This document shows positions 16,201 to 24,687 of a DNA stretch of 28,377 nucleotides, in pieces. The DNA comes from a virus (Duplodnaviria; Caudoviricetes), in the IMG/VR virus record IMGVR_UViG_3300011405_000021, positions 1 to 28,377 of that record. One strand, 5' to 3'. How positions within the stretch are numbered: the stretch's first letter is position 1; each line of letters starts with the position of its first letter. The notes below the pieces were generated by a model. That model was not told where the DNA came from. It searched no databases and worked only from the letters and a program-made list of their open reading frames with translations. Made by a program: the position numbers and the translations under genes.

Positions 16201-18810
16201 CAAGTTTCTGTGCTTCGGTTTGCTGGACAACTACTTTCAATACAGAACGTTGATACTTCTGCAATTAGTGCTGGTGCTCCTGTTTATTTGTTCACTTCAG
16301 CTAACACATTTAAGAGAGCTGACGCAGATGCCGCAAGCCCAGCTTTTAATGTGGTTGGCCTTGTGTACGATTCTAACATTGCTGTTTCGGCATTTGGTAA
16401 TGTTCAGTACGAAGGAGTCGTTACTCTAACAACTGGTCAGTGGGATAGTATAACAGGTGGAGCAAGCGGTCTAACAATTGGTGCTACATATTATGTAGGT
16501 GCAACTGCTGGAAGTTTGACAACCACAGCGGGAGTTGGCAGCGGTCGCCCAGTTGGTATTGCTAAATCCACAACAGAACTTGTACTAACATTAGGTCAGG
16601 TTGATGATTGGACTTCAGCTGTATCTTCTATTAGTAGCAGGCTATCAGCCTTGTCTTCTCAAGTGAGTGCAAATAGCGCACAAATGACAAGTGCCGATAA
16701 TGCAATTAGCAATGCAGTATCTGTGGAAACAGCCGCACGAGTTGCTGCTGATAATGCACTGTCAACATTAGTATCCGCGTTATCTGCGGACATGAGTGTC
16801 AGACTGTCAGCAATGTCCCAAGCGCATTCAGCATTGAGCGTCAATGTAGCAACACTATCTGTAAATCAGTCTGCGATGTCAACAACGATTTCAGCATTGC
16901 TGGCTAATGTAGCTACAATCTCAACTAATGTTTCTGCTATAAGCTCTAGATTGTCCGCACTATCGGCTCAAGTATCTACAGATATTTCGGCAATTTCTCA
17001 GGCACACTCAGTATTGAGTGTTAACGTTGCTACACTGTCCGTAAACCAGTCAGCAATGTCAACAACTATCTCTGCTATACTGGCGAACGTCGCTACTATA
17101 TCTACTAACGTTTCTGCTATCAGCAGCAGACTTTCTGCGTTGTCTGCGCAAGTATCCACCGATATTTCTGCGATGAGCCAAGTTCATTCTGCATTGTCTG
17201 CAAATGTTGCAACAATTAGTTTGAATGTGTCAGCTATGAGTACTGCGTTGTCTGCAGAAACAGCTAACAGAATTTCTGCCGTAAACAGAGTATCCAATGC
17301 TCTATCAGCGCTAGTCTTAGATTCAGTCTTAGACGTGTCAGCACCTAGTCCAACAGACCAGCAAGTATTGACGTGGAATTCTGCTGCTGCTCAGTGGATT
17401 GCGTCTACACCAGCGGCGGGCGCGGGCTCTGTTACTTCTAATGAGCTATCGGCTGTTAGTGTGGCAGCACAGTCAGCAATCGACACTGTTTCAGCGGCTC
17501 TTGCTACTTTGAGCTTGAACGTTTCGGCCATCAGTACCAGACTGTCGGCCCTATCCACACAGGTCACTAATCTCTCAGCTCAGGTCACTTCAGCAGACAA
17601 CGCTATTAGTCAAGCTGTTTCGGTTTTGTCAGTGCAGCTGTCACTACAGGTATCGGCGTTGAGTCAAGTTCACTCCGCACTTTCTGCAAATGTGGCAACT
17701 ATTTCTACAAATGTTTCTGCTATTAGCACTAGATTATCTGCGTTATCTGCACAATTATCTACTGATATATCTGCCATTTCACAAGTACATAGTGCGTTAT
17801 CTGCGAATGTAGCAACTATTTCTTTAAACGTTTCTGCAATGAGTACTGCTTTGTCTGCTGAAACAGCCAACAGAATTTCTGCTGTTAATAGGGTATCTAA
17901 CGCTTTATCGGCGTTGGTCCTTGACTCGGTTGCCAACGTTTCTGCTCCAAGTCCTGGTGATGCCCAAGTGCTTACATGGAATTCCGCTGCGGCTCAATGG
18001 GTGGCAAGTACTATAACTGCTGGTGCAGGCTCTGTCACTTCAACAGAATTATCTGCTGTGAGCGCTGCCGCGCTATCTGCTCTATCTGATGCGTTATCTG
18101 CTGGACGTGTGACGGCAGATGATCTATCAAACGATATAAGCGCCTTATCAGTTGCGTTATCTTTGGCTATCTCAGCATTAAGCACTGTTATTTCGGTATT
18201 ATCTGCTAAGCTATCAACAGAAATTTCAGCAATATCTCAGTCGTTGTCAGTTGAGGCTGCGGATCTGTCTGCAAGAATTAATAGTGCAGCCAATGACAAT
18301 TCCGCGATTAAAGCTGCATTAGGTTCTCCTATGCAGATGCAGTGTTTGAGCGCTGGTAACTTTACCATTCTTACCTCTACTATGACTAACGTTACAGGAC
18401 TATCCCTATCAGTGGCTGCGGGAGGTGTTTACGAAATTCATGGCAAAGCTGTTTGGTATGCGTCTACTACTGCTGGTTGTGGGTTTGGTATGACGTTTCC
18501 TAATACTACTTCTGCAAATGCCGCATGGAAAATGTGGACAAACGTGTCTATTGGTCACGCAACTGGTGCAAGTGTCTGGACTTCAACGTGGCAAGGAACT
18601 GCGTACTACAACGGGCTTGCTGCTCAGCAAGGATCACAAATGCTTTCTGTGTTGCAGGGTGCTTCAGCACAGTCTCCTTATCTTCTACAAATAGAGGGCA
18701 TCTTCGCTGCTAGTGCGGCTGGTACTATTCAGTTACAAGCCAGAACTAGTGCAGTCAGTGCTCTTATTTTTTCAAAGGGTTCTTTCTTAAGAGCATTTAG
18801 AATAGTCTAA
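13291..18810 (+). CDS. giant Ser/Ala-rich coiled-coil fibre protein (1839 aa), probable virion fibre
   Basis: AAGGAG RBS; long heptad repeats (LSANVAA/ISTRLSA/LSQVHSA); four LDS..xVSxPxPxDxQVLxW hinge motifs; a central globular domain and a C-terminal beta domain. Confidence 0.85.
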   Translation: MVRGTIDIPSPTSAVSNALSVETAARASADTALSNAVSILSAIVSVNNSAYLSLVNRVSANSGTGGSGSVTSTELSAINASLNTRVDDNSAQMFSADNAISNAVSILSAQLSLQVSALSQVHSALSANVASISSNISAISSRLSALSSQVSSNSAQMISADDAISNALSIEIANRVSAVNRVSNALSTLVLDSILNVSVPTPTDGQVLVWKSADSQWIADTIAVGAGSVTSTEVSAVSAAAQSAIDTVSAALATLSVNVSAISSRLSALSSQISTNSAQMVSADNAISNAVSVLSVQLSLQISAMSQVHSALSANVAAISTNVSAISSRLSALSAQLSTDISAISQAHSALSANVATISLGLSALSTLVSVLSATLSLQISAMSQVHSALSANVATMSLNASVMSTRLSALSSQVSTNSVQMVSADNAISNAVSVLSVQLSLQISAMSQVHSALSANVAALSLNQSAISTRLSALSSQVTTNSAQMTSADDAISNAVSVETAARIAGDNAISNLVSALSVQLSLQVSALSQVHSALSANVAALSLNQSAISTRLSALSSQVTTNSAQMTSADDAISNALSVEIANRVSAVNRVSNALSTLVLDSIANVSAPSPSDSQVLTWNSAAAQWIADTIAVGAGSVTSNEVSAVSAAAQSAIDTVSVALATLSLNVSAISTRLSALSAQVSTNSAQMTSADDAISNAVSVETAARIAGDNLISNAVSALSVQLSLQVSALSQVHSALSANVAALSLNQSAISSRLSALSSQVSSNSAQMTSADDAISNAVSALSVQLSLQISAMSQVHSALSANVATISTNVSAISSRLSALSAQLSTDISAISQAHSALSANVATISLNLSALSTIVSVLSATLSLQISAMSQVHSALSANVAGISTNVSAISTRLSALSSQVTTNSAQMVSADNAISNAVSILSADLSVRMSAMSQVHSALSANVAVISSNVSALSTAVSVLSNQVSVLRFAGQLLSIQNVDTSAISAGAPVYLFTSANTFKRADADAASPAFNVVGLVYDSNIAVSAFGNVQYEGVVTLTTGQWDSITGGASGLTIGATYYVGATAGSLTTTAGVGSGRPVGIAKSTTELVLTLGQVDDWTSAVSSISSRLSALSSQVSANSAQMTSADNAISNAVSVETAARVAADNALSTLVSALSADMSVRLSAMSQAHSALSVNVATLSVNQSAMSTTISALLANVATISTNVSAISSRLSALSAQVSTDISAISQAHSVLSVNVATLSVNQSAMSTTISAILANVATISTNVSAISSRLSALSAQVSTDISAMSQVHSALSANVATISLNVSAMSTALSAETANRISAVNRVSNALSALVLDSVLDVSAPSPTDQQVLTWNSAAAQWIASTPAAGAGSVTSNELSAVSVAAQSAIDTVSAALATLSLNVSAISTRLSALSTQVTNLSAQVTSADNAISQAVSVLSVQLSLQVSALSQVHSALSANVATISTNVSAISTRLSALSAQLSTDISAISQVHSALSANVATISLNVSAMSTALSAETANRISAVNRVSNALSALVLDSVANVSAPSPGDAQVLTWNSAAAQWVASTITAGAGSVTSTELSAVSAAALSALSDALSAGRVTADDLSNDISALSVALSLAISALSTVISVLSAKLSTEISAISQSLSVEAADLSARINSAANDNSAIKAALGSPMQMQCLSAGNFTILTSTMTNVTGLSLSVAAGGVYEIHGKAVWYASTTAGCGFGMTFPNTTSANAAWKMWTNVSIGHATGASVWTSTWQGTAYYNGLAAQQGSQMLSVLQGASAQSPYLLQIEGIFAASAAGTIQLQARTSAVSALIFSKGSFLRAFRIV
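13480..18300 (+). repeat. protein-level heptad-block repeats with synonymous divergence at DNA level
   Basis: More than ten copies of S-Q-(V/A)-H-S-A-L-S-A-N-V-A and repeated NSAQM.SAD.AISN blocks; interrupted by a non-repetitive domain at about 16220-16610. Confidence 0.9.
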
Positions 18811-18840
18811 TAATTAAATAATGAAAGGCATGGTTTAACA

Positions 18841-21669
18841 TTGAACGCAATTGCTGAAAAAGTGAAAACAGGTAAAATAGATATTAATGAAAAACAAAAC
18901 GTGCAGTATTGCATTCCTATTTGGCTTCGTGATGAGCAGATAAAACATGCATTGGCAAGAGTCAAGGGTCGTATAGAACCCAGTTACGCTGACAGGGAAG
19001 GCCCTATCGCGGTAGTTTGTTTTGGTCCAAGTCTAAACGACACTTGGGAGCAAATTAAGAACTTTAAATATGTAATGTCCTGTTCTGGTTCCCATAAATT
19101 TTTGGTAGATCACGGAATTATACCTACATGGCACGTAGAAGTAGATCCTAGAGAGCATAAGATAAAGCTTATAGGACAGCCGCAAAAAGAGACGGAATAC
19201 TTAATAGCATCGACATGTCATCCAAAAGTCTTTGATCACTTAGAAGGATACAATGTAAAACTATGGAATGTCTTTGACGGCGAGGCCGACGCTCTAAGAA
19301 CACTGCCTCAAGGTGAGTGGGCATTGTTTGGCGGGTCTTCTGTTGGGCTACGCGCACTAACTATTTCTAGGTTTTTGGGCTTTAAAGATTTGCACGTATT
19401 TGGTATGGACGGTAATTTTGGTAAGTCTGGAAAGCACGCCGCCGAACATCCCAATCAACCACCTGGGCACCAACTTACAGAGTATCGTGGAAGAACTTAT
19501 GAAGTAACACCTTCTACACTAGAATGTTGCAAACAAACCTTTCATGAACTTGATCAAATGCCAGATGTTAAGGCAAAGTTTTACGGAGAAGGTCTGTGTC
19601 AGGAAATGGCCAAGGACTATGTTCCTAAGCAACTTCCAAAAGGAACTCCAACTATTGGATATCATAAAGTAGAGTTGATTAGTCCTGCAGTTAAAGAGCT
19701 AAATTCCAAGCTACACAAAGAGAACCTAGCATATGGTGTTGGTGGAAAAGAACATGCTAAAACCATCATCAAGTTTAAAGAACTCATAAAAGCTGAGAGC
19801 GTTGGAGATTACGGCTGCGGTAAGGGATTGCTGGCTAAAGCACTGCCTTTCCCTTGTTGGGAATACGACCCATGTATACCGGGCAAAGAAGAGCAAATGC
19901 GGCCTGTAGATCTTTTGGTTTGTACTGATGTTTTAGAGCACATTGAACCAGAAAAAATCGCTGATGTTCTGCAGGACATAAAGAGATGTATTAAAAAGGC
20001 GGGCTACCTTGTAATAAACACTAAACCAGCTAAAAAGAAATATGCCGATGGTCGCAATACACACCTTCTACAGAAAGATCGAGCATGGTGGGAAAAGGCT
20101 TTAGCTAAGTTTTTTCAAGTAGGTAAGGTAGAGGATATTGCTGGAAAGTTGCATATTATTGTAGGACCAAAACCAAAAGAAGAAAAAGTAAAAGTTAGTA
20201 CCGTAGCATCCGACCCAATTACTGCAGTAGGAGAAGCTAAGTTCTATACACCTAATCAGACTACTAAATGGAGAGCAGAAACTCTTTTAGTTAAGGAGCC
20301 AATAACAATCCAGTGGATCAACAGCATGACTCCCGGAGAGATTCTTTTTGATGTTGGTGCTAATGTTGGCGGTTATACTGTATTGGCTGGAAAACGTGGC
20401 GTTAAGGTGTACGCCTTCGAACCAGAGGCCGAAAACTTTGCTCTACTAAACAGAAATATACGACTAAATGAAATAGATGCCCGAGCTTATTGTGTAGCTC
20501 TTGCTGGATGTGAGGGCACTGGAGTACTGAATCTAAGCCAGACTGGTGTTGGCGGTTCCTGCCACACCTACGATAAAGAGGCTACAGCTAAGCACATACA
20601 AGGCTCTATTGTTCTTCCTCTTTCTAGATTAACTGAGGACTTGGGCCTTCCTGTGCCAAATCACATAAAAATTGATGTGGACGGTTTGGAGTCTAATGTT
20701 GTTTCTGGTATTGGTAAATGGACACTTTCTAACAAAGATTTAAAAAGCATCTTAATTGAAATTGATACAAAGAAAGAAAGCCATCAAGAAATTATTAAAA
20801 CGTTTAAAGATCAAGGATTTGATTTTGATCAAGAACAAGTCAACCGCGCAATGAGAACAGAAGGGGCGTTTAAGGGCATTGCTGAATTCCTATTTAAACG
20901 CATTTCTATTGGGCCATTAACCGGGAAAGAGGACCGTGCCTATTCTGTGATTGCTGGAGTTAGTGTGTCAGAGTCTTCGGCTAATCCCACAATTTATACT
21001 CCCAATGTACTCAAGTCCGCAGCTGTTTCAATGTCTACAGAGAATAACTTAGACAAGATCATTGCTAACAAAATTGCTCGCTGTAAGGTTAGTAATTATC
21101 CAACCCCATACATTTTTATTGAGAATGTGTTTCCAGAGGCGCTGTACAAAGACCTCCTTAACAACTTGCCAGATGATTATGTTGAAATATCGAAAGCCCG
21201 TGGAGTCAAGGGTTATAAGGAACGCTTGGTATCCCTGTCAGAATCGTTCTTCTGGAAAGATATCGACAGTAAGCTTAGAACTGGCGTAGTCAAAACCGCA
21301 CTGTGCGATAAATTTGGTATTACCAATGACTACGTTGATGAAACATTGTTAATCAGAGACTTGACTGGGTATGCTATAGGACCACACACTGACAGTCCAG
21401 CGAAAGTTATCAGTGCGTTGTTTTATCTTCCCGAAGACGAGTCTCAGATTGAAGCTGGCACATCGTTGTATTTGCCGAAAGACAAAGACTTTAAATGTGC
21501 CGGTGGACCGCACCATAAGTTTGAGTACTTCGATAAAATTACTACGGTACCATTTAAACCAAACAGTTTGTTTGCATTTTTGAAGACAGACACTTCGTTT
21601 CACGGTGTAGAAAAATACACAGGCGAAAAACCCCGAGATGTGTTGTTGTACGATATTAGGAGAAGTTAA
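18841..21669 (+). CDS. four-domain enzyme: Maf/MptE-like (DUF115) + class I SAM methyltransferase + FkbM methyltransferase + 2OG-Fe(II) oxygenase
   Basis: GPSL...VEVDP...LGFKDLHVFGMD; DYGCGKG...CTDVLEHIEP; FDVGANVG..T...AFEP...IKIDVDGLE; IGPHTD...FHGV...R. The start codon (TTG) is uncertain. Confidence 0.85.
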   Translation: MNAIAEKVKTGKIDINEKQNVQYCIPIWLRDEQIKHALARVKGRIEPSYADREGPIAVVCFGPSLNDTWEQIKNFKYVMSCSGSHKFLVDHGIIPTWHVEVDPREHKIKLIGQPQKETEYLIASTCHPKVFDHLEGYNVKLWNVFDGEADALRTLPQGEWALFGGSSVGLRALTISRFLGFKDLHVFGMDGNFGKSGKHAAEHPNQPPGHQLTEYRGRTYEVTPSTLECCKQTFHELDQMPDVKAKFYGEGLCQEMAKDYVPKQLPKGTPTIGYHKVELISPAVKELNSKLHKENLAYGVGGKEHAKTIIKFKELIKAESVGDYGCGKGLLAKALPFPCWEYDPCIPGKEEQMRPVDLLVCTDVLEHIEPEKIADVLQDIKRCIKKAGYLVINTKPAKKKYADGRNTHLLQKDRAWWEKALAKFFQVGKVEDIAGKLHIIVGPKPKEEKVKVSTVASDPITAVGEAKFYTPNQTTKWRAETLLVKEPITIQWINSMTPGEILFDVGANVGGYTVLAGKRGVKVYAFEPEAENFALLNRNIRLNEIDARAYCVALAGCEGTGVLNLSQTGVGGSCHTYDKEATAKHIQGSIVLPLSRLTEDLGLPVPNHIKIDVDGLESNVVSGIGKWTLSNKDLKSILIEIDTKKESHQEIIKTFKDQGFDFDQEQVNRAMRTEGAFKGIAEFLFKRISIGPLTGKEDRAYSVIAGVSVSESSANPTIYTPNVLKSAAVSMSTENNLDKIIANKIARCKVSNYPTPYIFIENVFPEALYKDLLNNLPDDYVEISKARGVKGYKERLVSLSESFFWKDIDSKLRTGVVKTALCDKFGITNDYVDETLLIRDLTGYAIGPHTDSPAKVISALFYLPEDESQIEAGTSLYLPKDKDFKCAGGPHHKFEYFDKITTVPFKPNSLFAFLKTDTSFHGVEKYTGEKPRDVLLYDIRRS

Positions 21670-22943
21670 TGGCTGCCGTTTCAGTAAAAGTTGGTTCATT
21701 TAATAAAACTGCTTCACCTACTAATAGCCAGACAGTTTCTTGGAGCGACGGTGATGTGTTTACTCCGTCCGTTATTATGTTTTTCCAGACGCGAGAAAAC
21801 GGCTTTGGTGATTTCGTTGTTGCAGGAGAAGGGGCTTTTGTCTTGGGGTGGGCTAACGGTGTTGATCAAGAGTTTGGAATTTCAGCACTTACAGTAGACG
21901 CCGTTAGTACAACAGTTGCTGTTTCAGGATATCAGAGTGCTAAGATTATTGGACAGTTAACAGGAAGCAACGGGGTCCATGAAGCTTTGGGTGATATTAG
22001 TAATGTTATTGATAGATCTTTTGATATTACTTGGACTACAAACACTGCTAGTACTCCAATGATTAATTTTGTTGCTATAGGTGGTCCCGGAATAGAAGAG
22101 ACTTCAATTACTACCCAAACACTTGGCACTACTACAAACGACCAAACATTTGCACACGGGCTTGCTACTGGAGCGCCGGATATAGTTTTTTTCTTGATTG
22201 GGGACACTAATACAACAGGTCATCAGTCTCACGTATCTTTGGGGTTTGGTGCTGCTATGTCTAGTAGTAATAGATGGTGTACATCTATAAGTGCAGCAAC
22301 TGGTATTAACGTTGCCGGAAATATAAACGCTGTAAGAACACAGTCTACTTCGTCTTGTTTATTGAGCTGCGCAAACGGTAATGATTTTTTAGACCTTGCA
22401 GTAGATTTTGTAAGTTCCGATGCAACAAATGTCACGCTCAACGCTACAGACACAGCTGGCACAACCGTTACGTTTGGCATGCTGGCAATTAGAGGCGGTA
22501 ATTGGGCAATGGGTTCTACTAGCAAGAGTACTAATCCTTCTACTCCAGTAGATCAGAATATTGCTACTGGCCTTGCAGGCAGTACAAAGCTTCTTATGAT
22601 GACTACCTTTGGTTCTGCGGCAAATGCCTCTACCCTATCAGATATGGTGTTCAACTTTGGTGTTGCCACAGCTAGCCCAGCAGATGAGAGATGTATAGGT
22701 GTAATAAATAATGACAGTATACTACCTGTTCAAGCATCTTGTCATGCGTCAAACACAAAGTTAATGCGCATAGGAACTATAGATGCATCTACTTATACTC
22801 CAGTAGCAGAGTGTGATTTAAAAGAATTTTCTGGCGGCAACGCAACTGTGACTTGGACTACAAATGATTCCTCAGATCACGAACTTCTTTGGGTTACCTT
22901 GGGCGGTGACTCTGATAAACGTTGGATTTTAGGGCCACACTAA
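21669..22943 (+). CDS. Thr/Ser/Gly-rich beta protein with three tandem ~135-aa domains, probable virion protein
   Basis: Repeat ends ITWTTN...FVAIGG / LNATDT...MLAIRGG / VTWTTN...WVTLGG; TAATG-coupled on both sides. Confidence 0.7.
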   Translation: MAAVSVKVGSFNKTASPTNSQTVSWSDGDVFTPSVIMFFQTRENGFGDFVVAGEGAFVLGWANGVDQEFGISALTVDAVSTTVAVSGYQSAKIIGQLTGSNGVHEALGDISNVIDRSFDITWTTNTASTPMINFVAIGGPGIEETSITTQTLGTTTNDQTFAHGLATGAPDIVFFLIGDTNTTGHQSHVSLGFGAAMSSSNRWCTSISAATGINVAGNINAVRTQSTSSCLLSCANGNDFLDLAVDFVSSDATNVTLNATDTAGTTVTFGMLAIRGGNWAMGSTSKSTNPSTPVDQNIATGLAGSTKLLMMTTFGSAANASTLSDMVFNFGVATASPADERCIGVINNDSILPVQASCHASNTKLMRIGTIDASTYTPVAECDLKEFSGGNATVTWTTNDSSDHELLWVTLGGDSDKRWILGPH

Positions 22944-23653
22944 TGAATAGATATGTTTATATTGGATATGATCCAAGAGAGCAAGAAGCCTTTGATATTG
23001 CAGAGTGTTCTATACTAAGGCGAAGCGATGACAACACGGTGGTTATTCCTCTTAAGCTTAAAGAGTTAAGACAGTTTTTGTGGCGTCCAATAGAACAGCG
23101 GGATGGAAAGATGTGGTGTCCTATATCACAAGCACCGATGTCTACGGAGTTTGCCATATCTAGATTTACAATTCCTTTTCTAAGGCCAGGTGGTTGGGCT
23201 GTATTTATGGATTGCGACATTGTCTGTCGTGTTGATATCAAAGAACTGTTTGACATGGTAGATGATAAATATGCTGTTATGGTTGTTAAGCACAAGCAGG
23301 AGTCTGGCAGCGCTACAAAGATGGATGGACAAATTCAGACGTTTTATTCTAGAAAAAACTGGTCATCTATGATTTTATGGAACTGCTCTCATAAAGCAAA
23401 TAGAGCCTTAACTACATATGAGTTAAATACTTGGCCTGGAAGAGACTTACATGCTTTTCGGTGGCTACAGGATTATGAGATAGGAGAACTTCCTGCAGTT
23501 TGGAATCATCTAGTTGGTGTTAGTGAGAAGATAGACGAACCTAAGATACTACACTACACACTAGGAACTCCCAATATATCTGGATATGAAACTTGTGACT
23601 TTGCAAAAGAGTGGCTTACTGAAAAGAAGTTGGTAAGTTATGCAACTATATAG
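22943..23653 (+). CDS. glycosyltransferase (GT8-like)
   Basis: VYIGYDPRE, STEFAISRF, AVFMDCD (DxD), RKNWSS, GELP..WN.LVG and HYTLGTP motifs. Start set at the TAATG overlap, 22943. Confidence 0.88.
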   Translation: MNRYVYIGYDPREQEAFDIAECSILRRSDDNTVVIPLKLKELRQFLWRPIEQRDGKMWCPISQAPMSTEFAISRFTIPFLRPGGWAVFMDCDIVCRVDIKELFDMVDDKYAVMVVKHKQESGSATKMDGQIQTFYSRKNWSSMILWNCSHKANRALTTYELNTWPGRDLHAFRWLQDYEIGELPAVWNHLVGVSEKIDEPKILHYTLGTPNISGYETCDFAKEWLTEKKLVSYATI

Positions 23654-23659
23654 TGTATG

Positions 23660-23691
23660 CCCCTATGGGTATATACTAGGTGTGGTAGAAT
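23660..23691 (+). promoter_or_regulatory. phage-specific promoter motif, copy 2, overlapping an inverted repeat (23651-23678)
   Basis: CCCCTATGGG-TATATACT-AGG-TGTG-G-TAGAAT; TAGTGTATGCCC/GGGTATATACTA dyad. Confidence 0.6.
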
Positions 23692-23727
23692 TATTTATCG
23701 GCTATTATAGTCTAAGAAAGGCAGTCA

Positions 23728-24687
23728 GTGTCAAACAAAGACATTTCAATATGTATAGCACATAGAGGCCCTGTTTTAGGACTGTGGTCTACTATTAATT
23801 CATTAGAGTTTGAGTTACAAGAAGCAAAGTTAGACTTTGAATTTAGTATTGTTTCTAATGGTGAAAAGCCAACTCCTGATCTTAAACAGACATTAGGAGA
23901 GCTTAAACGTACTACAGACTACTTATCTTATCACGAGCATTCAGACGAGCCTCTAACGCCCCAAGAGGCACGAACCCGCGCATTCAAGAATTCTACTGGC
24001 AAGTATGTGTTCTTTGCAGACAACCACATTTTGGTTTGTCCAGGGTTTTTTAAGAGGTTGATGCATGACTGGGAAGCAGTGCCAGATGCAGATATGCTGC
24101 ATTCAGCTACTCAATATTATCCTAAAGACTTGGTGCTGTATGGCTACAAGCTACAGCTTAAAAAGGATTTTTGGGGAAGTGCTGAGTCAGTCCCTTACTA
24201 CCCACACAAGCCATTCCCCATCGCTGCTGGTGGTCATGGTGGTGTTAGTGTAAAGCGGGATTCTTTTGAAAAGTATGGTGGCTATCATTTAAGCAGTGCT
24301 TTCGAAGGTTACGCTGGAGAGGAACTAACTAGCGATCTTTCTATATGGCTGCAGGGCGGTAAGGTTTACATGTCTCCGTTGTCTATACATAGACACTGGG
24401 CCGCAGCAACGAGAGGATATTCTAGACACCACTCTTCTGACTTTTACAAGAATTTATTTTCTTGTGCGTACATCTTAGCTGATACAACGGCTGATGATTA
24501 CGTCTATCCAATGGCAGAGCATTTCAAAAAATGTGCAAAGCCATATCAAAGTAAGTCAATGTTTGATCTGCGTATGGAAGCAAAAGAACGCAGCAAGCCA
24601 TTTACTGAGTGGCTACGTGGTCGCCGCCAAAGAACACTTGAGGAACAATTACATTGGTTTTTAACCAACGAAGTAAGTTATAGATAA
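23728..24687 (+). CDS. glycosyltransferase family 2-like
   Basis: ISICIAH, FEFSIVSNG, ART.AF..STGKYVFFADNH, KR..F.KYGGY and GY.GEE motifs. Confidence 0.8.
   Translation: MSNKDISICIAHRGPVLGLWSTINSLEFELQEAKLDFEFSIVSNGEKPTPDLKQTLGELKRTTDYLSYHEHSDEPLTPQEARTRAFKNSTGKYVFFADNHILVCPGFFKRLMHDWEAVPDADMLHSATQYYPKDLVLYGYKLQLKKDFWGSAESVPYYPHKPFPIAAGGHGGVSVKRDSFEKYGGYHLSSAFEGYAGEELTSDLSIWLQGGKVYMSPLSIHRHWAAATRGYSRHHSSDFYKNLFSCAYILADTTADDYVYPMAEHFKKCAKPYQSKSMFDLRMEAKERSKPFTEWLRGRRQRTLEEQLHWFLTNEVSYR

Noticed and set aside
13480-18300. Fibre repeats as a CRISPR array or DNA tandem repeat
   Set aside because: Repeats are conserved at protein level only and lie in frame within a CDS; no identical repeat-spacer pattern and no cas genes.
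13236-18713. Many short antisense and alternate-frame ORFs inside the fibre gene
   Set aside because: Shadow ORFs produced by the biased Ser/Ala codon repeats; no independent RBS or motif support noticed.
18300-22943. Diversity-generating retroelement or invertible fibre-tip cassette
   Set aside because: No reverse transcriptase, recombinase or template/variable repeat pair noticed in the window.
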